DNA of 64,000 bases from a virus. Numbering within the stretch: position 1 is the stretch's first letter; every line of letters starts with the position of its first letter. Positions 56,656 through 64,000 of the stretch are shown one piece after another. The DNA lies in the IMG/VR virus record IMGVR_UViG_3300016665_000824, positions 32,001 to 96,000 of that record; one strand, given 5' to 3'. A model generated the notes under the pieces. The model worked only from the letters and a program-made list of their open reading frames with translations, made no database searches and had not been told where the DNA came from. Position numbers and translations under genes: made by a program.

Positions 56656-57102
56656 ATGAGTTACGACGGGAACATTTACGAGGATGCTATGGAATCAATT
56701 TCACAGTTATCCTCAACGGAAAATCTTTTGTCTTGGGCTAAGAAACTGCGAGAGGCGGCTGAAGTCGAAACGTATCGCAGTCAGTTTTTGATAAATACAG
56801 CGTGGAATCTTGAGGAGTGCGCGTGGATGCCTGAGCTATTACAGCAGCTTGAGGATATGGGGATCAAAAGAAACACAATGTTTGGCGGCGCTCCGACTGG
56901 GAGGGGGCAGACAGGATACTGGACCCATTTAGCCCCCAAGGACTGCGATTTCGATCCTTGTATCTCACCCGTGTTTGGTAAGACTGAGTATGAGTCACTG
57001 AAAGAGGCGATCGCGCTGGAGGTACAAATCCGAGAGTATATGACTGGTTGGAGCAAAATACCCTTTGCTTGTTCTATACCTGCGGAAGTAGGCGATCGCT
57101 AA
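56656..57102 (+). CDS. Hypothetical protein
   Basis: 148-aa ORF. Confidence 0.5.
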   Translation: MSYDGNIYEDAMESISQLSSTENLLSWAKKLREAAEVETYRSQFLINTAWNLEECAWMPELLQQLEDMGIKRNTMFGGAPTGRGQTGYWTHLAPKDCDFDPCISPVFGKTEYESLKEAIALEVQIREYMTGWSKIPFACSIPAEVGDR

Positions 57103-57397
57103 TTTTTAATCCGCAACGTAATTTTGTTGTGCTATTGTTGTAATCACCAAAGAAGCAAATGAGAGACCCACCTGCTAAAAATAAGCAAAAAATAAAAGAG
57201 CCAACCGCCAAGTCGCTCTTTCATTCTTTGAAAATGATTGTTTGTTTCACTTCAGTTTCGGTTGTTCCTTCCACCTCGTCGTTTACACGCCTTGGCTGTT
57301 TGTGTTCAACACGACACTAATTTCCTGAATACTCTAACACATGGCGATCGCTTTGTGAAGGGGAATTTACGGAATTGGTGAAAAAACTGGAAGACAA

Positions 57398-57997
57398 GTG
57401 GTTTCTTGGGAATCTCAAGAACGCTTTGGTTGTTTTTTACACTTTAGTTTCGTAGGAAATTTAGTTATGCTCTCAAGCGAAGAATACATACGCGACAGAC
57501 AAGACTTCGGTTGCTGGGAAGCCCGTATATTTTACTCCCCAGAATTAGATGCCGTTGTTGCGGCAGGTTTTATGGATGGGTTGATCTTCAACAAGGAAGA
57601 ACTCTTCCAGCTAGGCTCATTACTCCTTGATGCCTCAATTAACGTTTCGGGTAAAGACATCTGCCACCTCAATAATCGGACATCGGCGAGAGGTCGTTCT
57701 GACAAGGATTTTTGGCTACAGCGCAAGAATAGATCTGGACTCGTGTATCTAATCAAGGCGATCGGGACTAACTACTACAAAATTGGTAGAACAAAAGATA
57801 TTGAGACTAGATTAGAGACCCTGCAAAAGTCATCTCCATTCGACCTCTCGCTGATTCTTGCCATAGAAACATCAGACTCTTTGGCTCTAGAGAGGTACTT
57901 CCACGATAAGTACAATGATTGTCGAGTTAGGGGTGAGTGGTTTGAGCTAGATGAGTATGCGATCGCTGAATTTATGAGCTACGAGGAGGTCGCGTGA
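57398..57997 (+). CDS. T5orf172 (GIY-YIG-like) domain protein
   Basis: GLVYLIKAIGTNYYKIGRTKDIETRLETL matches T5orf172/MUG113 pattern; start may be internal. Confidence 0.6.
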   Translation: MVSWESQERFGCFLHFSFVGNLVMLSSEEYIRDRQDFGCWEARIFYSPELDAVVAAGFMDGLIFNKEELFQLGSLLLDASINVSGKDICHLNNRTSARGRSDKDFWLQRKNRSGLVYLIKAIGTNYYKIGRTKDIETRLETLQKSSPFDLSLILAIETSDSLALERYFHDKYNDCRVRGEWFELDEYAIAEFMSYEEVA

Positions 57998-59220
57998 TGA
58001 AAGGATACGAACAGACCTGCCCCAAAGTCGAAGCGATCGGGCAAATCAACTTTCACGGCGACGGTGTTTTTACGCCAAACAACTGGTATCACAACATCTG
58101 TCACAAGAACGGTAAACCCTATCTCGAAGCAATAATTCTTCTTGCGGATATTGTTTCTTGGTATTTGCCCATCTACGAAAGAGATGAAGTCACTGGCAAG
58201 ACGATTGGGGTCAGGAAAAAATTCAAGGCAGACAAACTCCAGCGAAACTACGACTCTTTTGCGGACCATTATGGCATGACCAAAGATCAAGCTAGAAATG
58301 CTCTGAAACACCTAGAAAGAGACGGACTCATAGACCTAGAGCTAAGAACAGTCGAAACTTCAGTACAAAAGCTTGGAAATGTTTTGTTTATCGGTGTTTA
58401 CCCAGAAAAAATCAAGGATTACACTTTCACCCTCTCGCCAAAAGAACAGACCCCTGTGCTCACAGAAACCGATAGGGGTATCGACAGAAAAGCAGAGGGG
58501 TCTGCACAGAAACAGACAGCACTCCCCACAGAAGCCCAGACAAATACAGATCAATCTACAGATCTTTCTACTGATCAATCTACTAAAAATATAAGAGCGG
58601 ATGAATTTTTTGCGATCGCTCCTTCGTCGCAAATCCAAGAAAATTCTTTTCCCGCACAAACAGAAAATCCGAGAATTGAAGAAACCCCAACACCCCCTAC
58701 CCCCTCTTCCCCTTCCGCGCCCGAAAATATCGGCAAGGCGATCGCGCCCTCGGTAGCCACCTCAAAACAGGCAGAAGCGTATATGCAGTTTGAGCAGCGC
58801 TTTAGCCAACCAAAACCTCAAAACCGCCACGTACCCAAACTGCTTGTGGAGGCTGGCTATGCAGAATGGCACAACGGCAAACACCCGAACGACTGGCGCA
58901 AATCCTTGATAGATGTTTGCATCCAAAGGAAGAAAAAGCGTGGCGATGAAGCGACTGTAGGTGCAGCCACCGACTTTATTTTTAACGTAATGAAAGACTG
59001 TATTTCCCTCGGATTCTGGGGTAAGTTCCAAGAGCTTGTTGATCAAGCCCTAAAGCTCGAAGCCGTCGAAGCGATCGCCGCACAACAAAAACAAATTGAA
59101 GATCAGCGATTCGAGCAACAGCCAGTTGAATCTAACGCCCCCACAATGACTCTTGAACTTCGCAAGCAATATGCTGCCGAATTGAGACGTAAAGCCAACA
59201 ACATGAGACTAATTGCTTAA
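57994..59220 (+). CDS. Putative replication initiation / replisome organizer protein
   Basis: 408 aa; globular N-terminal domain, Thr/Pro/Ser-rich linker, C-terminal domain; immediately upstream of DnaB-like helicase. Confidence 0.45.
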   Translation: MMKGYEQTCPKVEAIGQINFHGDGVFTPNNWYHNICHKNGKPYLEAIILLADIVSWYLPIYERDEVTGKTIGVRKKFKADKLQRNYDSFADHYGMTKDQARNALKHLERDGLIDLELRTVETSVQKLGNVLFIGVYPEKIKDYTFTLSPKEQTPVLTETDRGIDRKAEGSAQKQTALPTEAQTNTDQSTDLSTDQSTKNIRADEFFAIAPSSQIQENSFPAQTENPRIEETPTPPTPSSPSAPENIGKAIAPSVATSKQAEAYMQFEQRFSQPKPQNRHVPKLLVEAGYAEWHNGKHPNDWRKSLIDVCIQRKKKRGDEATVGAATDFIFNVMKDCISLGFWGKFQELVDQALKLEAVEAIAAQQKQIEDQRFEQQPVESNAPTMTLELRKQYAAELRRKANNMRLIA

Positions 59221-60952
59221 AACTATGAAAGACCCACAACAGATCCAAAGACTCAACGCTCAGATCGAACCTAGCAACGTTGAAGCCGAACAAACGATCA
59301 TTGCGGGGGTTTTTGAAGGTGGAAGCCTTCTTAGCCTAGTCGCCGACGCAATCACACCTGAGATGTTTTTTTCGAGCCTTCTAGGGGCATTTTTTAGGGC
59401 ATCGTTGTTTTTGAGAAATAGCGATCGCGACATAAACACCCTAACCTTAGCCGCCGCGCTACAGGAGATGGGTTTTAAAGACTTTTACGGCTTTGACAGT
59501 ATCTCGGCGCTAGTCCACAACACCTATGCCGACATTATGGGCAGCACGTATATTCAAAGTCCAGCCCACTACGAATCTGCCGCCGCCCTAATCCGTGAAG
59601 CCTCCGTAAGGCGAGACCTGATTAAAGCTGGCAGAGCAGCGATCGCCGCAGCCTACGATCAAGAAATATCTGTGCTTGATGCCTGTACTAAAGCTCAAGA
59701 TTTGATTGGGGATGCTATGACATCATCTCAGGTTCGTAGTACCGTGTTTGAGGTTGGTACAACCTACACAAACATGTGTGCGGAACTTCTCGATCCTCAA
59801 ATTGGAGAGTTCAATCCCGTAATCCCCAGTGGTTATGCGGCGTGGGATGAAATGCTTGAAGGTGGTTTTCGGGGTGCTGAACTCGCGGTTATTGGTGGAG
59901 ACTCGGCGATCGGTAAGTCGATGCTCTTGTTTGGTGCGGCATGGAATATGGCGAAATTCCTTTCGGATCAAGGTAGGGTGGGTTATATCGGCTCGATGGA
60001 AATGTCCACTCGTAGCGTTGTGCATCGCTGGATTGCTTCCGAAGCGCAAGTGGCTTTATCTCGGATGCGTCGCCGAGAATTAAGCGAAGCCGATTGCGAA
60101 AGGATTATGAAGGCATCTAGCGCTGGCGAAATGTTGAATAACCTTGTAATTGACGAGGACAACAAGGCTACTATCCCCCAAATGCTTAACCGAGCCAAAG
60201 AATTTGCACGTAAACATGCTAGAAAATATGGCGGTAGCGGCGAGCTTGGCTTTATGGTTATCGACAACATCAAGATCGCCGAAAAAGGTGGTGACGATTT
60301 CAACTTGGTTAACCGATACCTCAAAGATCTCAAGGGGATTGCAAAGGATTACAACATCCCGATAATCTCTTTGTCTCAGCTAACTAGAGAATCCCTGTTA
60401 AAAAGTTCTGACAAACGCCCTACTGTTGAGGGGTTGTATGGCGGCAAAGCGATTGAAGAAAATGCTGACGACATTTTTGGCTTGTATCGAGGTGTTAAGT
60501 ACGACGATTTCTCTATCCCCACAAACCGAGCTGAGATTATTCGTCTGAAAGGTCGAAACTCAGACCAGTCAAAGGAAAATAGAACGATTTTGCTTGGCTT
60601 CAATGGCGCTCTTTCTACTTTTTACGACCTTGGCGAACCAAAACTAGCCCAAAAATCGGAGCAAAAACAAGCGATCGCCACACCAGTCACCGAAGACATT
60701 AACTACTTCGGCGATCTCGAAGATGGATGTCAAGTTGTTCTGGATATTTCCTACTCAACACCTGAAGAAAAATCGGAGATCAGCGATCGTATCAACGCAA
60801 AGCAGCTACCAAAGCCCAATGAAGTCTGTGGAGTAACCCGCCTAAGCGTTTGCGAAACTCCTGAAGTAGGTAAATTTGGGGTTGCCCACCTAATACTGCC
60901 CGACAACTCCGAAATGAAGGTTGCAGTAGACGAATTGCGCCGAGTCAGTTAG
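59213..60952 (+). CDS. dnaB: Replicative DNA helicase, DnaB-type
   Basis: N-terminal IEPSNVEAEQTIIAGV motif; Walker A GGDSAIGKS; RecA-like C-terminal domain. Confidence 0.85.
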   Translation: MLKTMKDPQQIQRLNAQIEPSNVEAEQTIIAGVFEGGSLLSLVADAITPEMFFSSLLGAFFRASLFLRNSDRDINTLTLAAALQEMGFKDFYGFDSISALVHNTYADIMGSTYIQSPAHYESAAALIREASVRRDLIKAGRAAIAAAYDQEISVLDACTKAQDLIGDAMTSSQVRSTVFEVGTTYTNMCAELLDPQIGEFNPVIPSGYAAWDEMLEGGFRGAELAVIGGDSAIGKSMLLFGAAWNMAKFLSDQGRVGYIGSMEMSTRSVVHRWIASEAQVALSRMRRRELSEADCERIMKASSAGEMLNNLVIDEDNKATIPQMLNRAKEFARKHARKYGGSGELGFMVIDNIKIAEKGGDDFNLVNRYLKDLKGIAKDYNIPIISLSQLTRESLLKSSDKRPTVEGLYGGKAIEENADDIFGLYRGVKYDDFSIPTNRAEIIRLKGRNSDQSKENRTILLGFNGALSTFYDLGEPKLAQKSEQKQAIATPVTEDINYFGDLEDGCQVVLDISYSTPEEKSEISDRINAKQLPKPNEVCGVTRLSVCETPEVGKFGVAHLILPDNSEMKVAVDELRRVS

Positions 60953-60958
60953 TAAAAA

Positions 60959-60983
60959 GCCCACGAGACCCATTCTTGTGGGC
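60959..60983 (-). terminator. Terminator-like hairpin oriented for the minus strand
   Basis: 9-bp stem GCCCACGAG / CTTGTGGGC with A-tracts both sides; directly after DnaB stop. Confidence 0.3.
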
Positions 60984-61559
60984 AAAAACACACAAAATTA
61001 CAACAAAACTATGCAAGAAGAAATCTCACAACAGGAAATCGCTGCGATCGCAGCCGCAAAACTGAAAAGAATGCAGCGATCGCAACAACAAGAGCCGATA
61101 ACGAAGGTCGAGCCAAAAACTCCAAGTCCCGCACCAGCAAAACAGTCAAAATCAGCAACAAACAGCTACTGGAACAAACCTCAAAGCAGCATCGACATCG
61201 TGAAAAACCCCAAGCACGTTGCCGATATTTACACCATGACCCCGTGGATACCCCAGCCACAGGTAGATGATATCTGCGCGATCGCCGAAAGACCCTACGG
61301 CGACTGGATAGACCTCGAAGCGCAGCATATCGAAGGCAAGTGGGATAGGCAAAGATTCATTGAGTCAGCCTATAACTGGCCTTTCCGCGCCAAGATGCGA
61401 TGTGTTGAAATTTCTGAGGACGGACTGATGGCAACAGTATCCGTCTCAGGAGTCCGCAAACGATTACCACTAGTGTGTTTATGGGAGATGAATGAAATAG
61501 TTGACACTATGACTAATAGTGAGTATGATGAATCTTGGTTTCAGGTAAGACAATTATGA
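60978..61559 (+). CDS. Hypothetical protein
   Basis: 193-aa ORF; 3' end contains consensus promoter for next gene. Confidence 0.5.
   Translation: MGKNTQNYNKTMQEEISQQEIAAIAAAKLKRMQRSQQQEPITKVEPKTPSPAPAKQSKSATNSYWNKPQSSIDIVKNPKHVADIYTMTPWIPQPQVDDICAIAERPYGDWIDLEAQHIEGKWDRQRFIESAYNWPFRAKMRCVEISEDGLMATVSVSGVRKRLPLVCLWEMNEIVDTMTNSEYDESWFQVRQL
61501..61529 (+). promoter_or_regulatory. Sigma70-type promoter, consensus TTGACA-17-TATGAT (copy 1)
   Basis: TTGACA 61501-61506, 17-nt spacer, TATGAT 61524-61529; ATG at 61556. Confidence 0.6.
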
Positions 61560-61870
61560 CAAAGACTTTAATCTGTAGAGAGATTAAGTGCCTGTATTTC
61601 GACGTTTCAGACCCAATGAGTTCTGGTTGTAAATTCTACGAAAGCGCTCGTCAATGTCACCTACTGTCTGGGATGCTTTCTACTGAAAAGACAGCACTGG
61701 CGACTGACTACGAAATAATTGCTGAAGATTTGTATACGGCTGAAGACCTGATCAGGGTTGAAAACGATTTTTACATTAAATGTTCTGAAAAGTATTTACG
61801 CGATTGTGAGCTTCAGGGGCTTACACCTGAACCCGTAAGAGAAAATGTTCGAGCATGGTTTCGTAGATGA
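61556..61870 (+). CDS. Cys-containing small hypothetical protein
   Basis: ATG at 61556 preferred over TTG at 61535. Confidence 0.5.
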   Translation: MTKTLICREIKCLYFDVSDPMSSGCKFYESARQCHLLSGMLSTEKTALATDYEIIAEDLYTAEDLIRVENDFYIKCSEKYLRDCELQGLTPEPVRENVRAWFRR

Positions 61871-61957
61871 CTCCAGCAACTAAAGCAAGATTCACAAATA
61901 GGCGATCGCCTTCTCTGCCTCGTTTTTTAACATTTTGTGGCAGTTAAAAGAAAATGT

Positions 61958-61986
61958 TTGACAGTATGCCTAGTAGTGTGTATGAT
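61958..61986 (+). promoter_or_regulatory. Sigma70-type promoter, consensus TTGACA-17-TATGAT (copy 2)
   Basis: TTGACA 61958-61963, 17-nt spacer, TATGAT 61981-61986; ATG at 62012; ~65 bp similar to copy 1. Confidence 0.6.
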
Positions 61987-62011
61987 GGTATTTAGTTTCA
62001 GGTAAAACAAT

Positions 62012-62530
62012 ATGACGAATAGCTTGGCTGTGACCTACCAATCGCTCCCACAGAAAGAACAGCTTGAGATACTAGCAGGAGTATCACACCTTATGATAAA
62101 GGTAATGGCAGGTAAAATCCCAACAACAGAAGAGATGGACTTGGCTTCAAAAGCCCAGACCCATCCAAGCCTATTTTTAAAATGCTTCTCTGCCGAACTT
62201 ATGGGAGAGGAGTGGAGACCAAAGCTATTGCCTCAAGGCGGAGAAGGGTATATTATTCGCTGGAAATCCGATGAATACGAAGAGGTAGAGACCGACTCCT
62301 ATCCCTTTAAAAAGAGGGTTTACAAAGAAGAGGGCAATGGACTTGAAATCCAAAGCTACGAGCAGGCGATCGCCAATTGTGAATTTCTAAATAAGCAATA
62401 CCCAGAGAGGACTTACTGGCACTTCTGGGTAAACCAAGACATCCTCAACAACGCAGAAAGCGAGGGTCTTCAACTCATAGACACTGTTGCTCAGCATCTC
62501 TTTGAGGCTCTATCACAGGCTCATGGTTAG
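62012..62530 (+). CDS. Hypothetical protein
   Basis: 172-aa ORF preceded by duplicated consensus promoter. Confidence 0.55.
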   Translation: MTNSLAVTYQSLPQKEQLEILAGVSHLMIKVMAGKIPTTEEMDLASKAQTHPSLFLKCFSAELMGEEWRPKLLPQGGEGYIIRWKSDEYEEVETDSYPFKKRVYKEEGNGLEIQSYEQAIANCEFLNKQYPERTYWHFWVNQDILNNAESEGLQLIDTVAQHLFEALSQAHG

Positions 62531-62533
62531 TTT

Positions 62534-62824
62534 ATGACCCCAGAAACTAGAGCGCGATTCAAAGAATGGGCGATCGCCTACTGGAAGAAAAATCCAAAGT
62601 TACTGAAGCCACCCGATGACTTTCTCACGCAAGGACAGCAGTTGGCGATCGCTATCTACCATGCCATTCCCGCCGATGGGAAGTTTATTAAAGCTGATGC
62701 GATCGCTACTAAGCTCAAACGCAAAACCAGACAAATAGAAGAGATTCTGGGGCTAATCAAAGAGCCGTGGCATCTCAAGTCAAGTAAAAACAACAAGGAA
62801 GGAGGATATACGAGAAATGAGTGA
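62534..62824 (+). CDS. Small hypothetical protein
   Basis: 96-aa ORF. Confidence 0.5.
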   Translation: MTPETRARFKEWAIAYWKKNPKLLKPPDDFLTQGQQLAIAIYHAIPADGKFIKADAIATKLKRKTRQIEEILGLIKEPWHLKSSKNNKEGGYTRNE

Positions 62825-63089
62825 CACAGTTGGTTTGATTTTTGGTAAGGAAGATAGCAGGACAGAGCAGGAAATCTCTGAGCTTGCGGAGGTCGTAAAA
62901 GCGGCTGGAATTAAGAGAAACCCTGCCATGTTTGCAAGATTTATTTACACACTCGACAAGACAAAAACCTGTCACCCGTCGATTGACCGTGAAGCCTTTC
63001 TGCTAACACTTCAAGAAGTATGGGAAGAGAAGGGACTCCAAGGACTTTCTCTCGCTGAAGAAATATATCAAAGAGGTTTTACAAGATGA
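62817..63089 (+). CDS. Small hypothetical protein
   Basis: 90-aa ORF. Confidence 0.5.
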   Translation: MSDTVGLIFGKEDSRTEQEISELAEVVKAAGIKRNPAMFARFIYTLDKTKTCHPSIDREAFLLTLQEVWEEKGLQGLSLAEEIYQRGFTR

Positions 63090-63823
63090 TTGAAAGGCAA
63101 GTTAAACTGCTGGTTCTAGACAAAGACGGTACACTCGTTCGCCCCAAATCTGGCAATACCTTCGTCCAGCACCCCGAAGATCAGGAGCTAATCGAAGGAG
63201 TGGCTGAAGCTATTCAGAGGTATGTTGCTGATGGATGGCAGTTGGCGATCGCGTCAAATCAGGGTGGATGCGAAGTGCGATGGTGTCACCCCGCCGAATT
63301 ACCTGTAGGTAGTTACTGCAATGTAGATAACATTGCCATCAAGGTTGAATACCTTCAAGACACTGGTGAGTTTATACTCGTAAATGGGCATCACCCACTA
63401 CCAAAAACTAGGTTTGCGAAGTTCCAATACAAGACTCTCGGCATAGCGATCGCAGAGATGCAGTATGCGATGAAGCTGATCGGCATTCAGTATCATGGTC
63501 TATTCTGTCCAGACATGCAAGGGAATGAATGCTACATGACTTCGGACTTTGCTGCTCCGCCATTACACAAGGTTGATAGATACAAACACTTAATAGGCTC
63601 GTTCCGTAAGCCCAGTGGTGGAATGTTGCTAGCATTAAAGCAGCACTTTGAAACACATCTTGATGATGTTGATCGGCTGCTCATGATCGGCGATCGTCCC
63701 GAAGATTTGGGATCGGCTCAAGCCGCAGGATTCGATTTTGTGTGGGCAGAAGACTGGCGAAATAACGAACTAGACAAAGTTCTGCCCTACAGGAGCGAAG
63801 AATGGATCGCTCTGAACTCCTAA
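63086..63823 (+). CDS. HAD-superfamily phosphatase (polynucleotide 3'-phosphatase/GmhB-like)
   Basis: LVLDKDGTL (DxDGT motif I), IASNQ, MIGDRPEDLGSAQAAGF. Confidence 0.7.
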   Translation: MIERQVKLLVLDKDGTLVRPKSGNTFVQHPEDQELIEGVAEAIQRYVADGWQLAIASNQGGCEVRWCHPAELPVGSYCNVDNIAIKVEYLQDTGEFILVNGHHPLPKTRFAKFQYKTLGIAIAEMQYAMKLIGIQYHGLFCPDMQGNECYMTSDFAAPPLHKVDRYKHLIGSFRKPSGGMLLALKQHFETHLDDVDRLLMIGDRPEDLGSAQAAGFDFVWAEDWRNNELDKVLPYRSEEWIALNS

Positions 63824-64000
63824 CTCGCATCCAAGTCCAGCGAATGTGGCTAGAGGACATCCGTGGCAAGTCTCTAGCTCCTCAGTTGGAGATTTGGAAG
63901 AACAAATACCTTGCCGCAAATAATCTCACGCATCTGGATGCTCAGGGGCTGGAGCAACTGCTTAAGGCTCTTGAGTCTATGACTAAGGCTACGGTGAGTA
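63812..64000 (+). CDS. Hypothetical protein, 5' partial view (continues beyond window end)
   Basis: ATG at 63812 overlaps previous stop; open to window end. Confidence 0.35.

Noticed and set aside
1-64000. CRISPR arrays, tRNA or rRNA genes, integrase
   Set aside because: No regularly spaced direct repeats, no tRNA-like T-arm/acceptor pattern in intergenic regions, no tyrosine or serine recombinase motifs seen by eye; tRNA search was manual and could miss a gene

Overview
The window reads as an internal ~64 kb segment of a tailed-phage or prophage genome from a cyanobacterial host. The octamer GCGATCGC (HIP1) is heavily over-represented throughout, including inside genes and hairpins. No rRNA, tRNA, CRISPR array, integrase or recognisable terminase was found. 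Layout: (i) 1-27.8 kb, a minus-strand late/structural operon with tail/baseplate-like genes, a giant 2811-aa tape-measure-like ORF, a block of translationally coupled genes sharing unusual Cys-motif plus Gly/Ala-rich hydrophobic modules, small head-completion candidates, a putative capsid and a protease/scaffold; (ii) plus-strand accessory islands at 4.8-5.3, 28.0-30.8, 31.7-32.7, 37.0-40.4 and 45.3-46.1 kb; (iii) 32.7-48.2 kb, more minus-strand virion genes including Mu G-like and Mu F-like head morphogenesis genes and a putative portal; (iv) 49.6-52.7 kb, a Dam-type methyltransferase and small early genes; (v) 52.9-64 kb, a replication module with divergently arranged DnaG-type primase, XRE-type HTH regulator, T5orf172-domain protein, putative initiator, DnaB-type helicase and HAD phosphatase. 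The most interesting candidate system is the 13.8-22.5 kb cassette of paralogous Cys-motif/hydrophobic-helix proteins carrying enzyme-like signatures (JAB/MPN-like, GNAT-like, possible alpha/beta-hydrolase-like), with the same module recurring at 33.8-37.0 kb. A CCACAAA-based operator-like motif recurs upstream of plus-strand accessory genes. All functional calls rest on motif recognition by eye and gene context; no database search was run.
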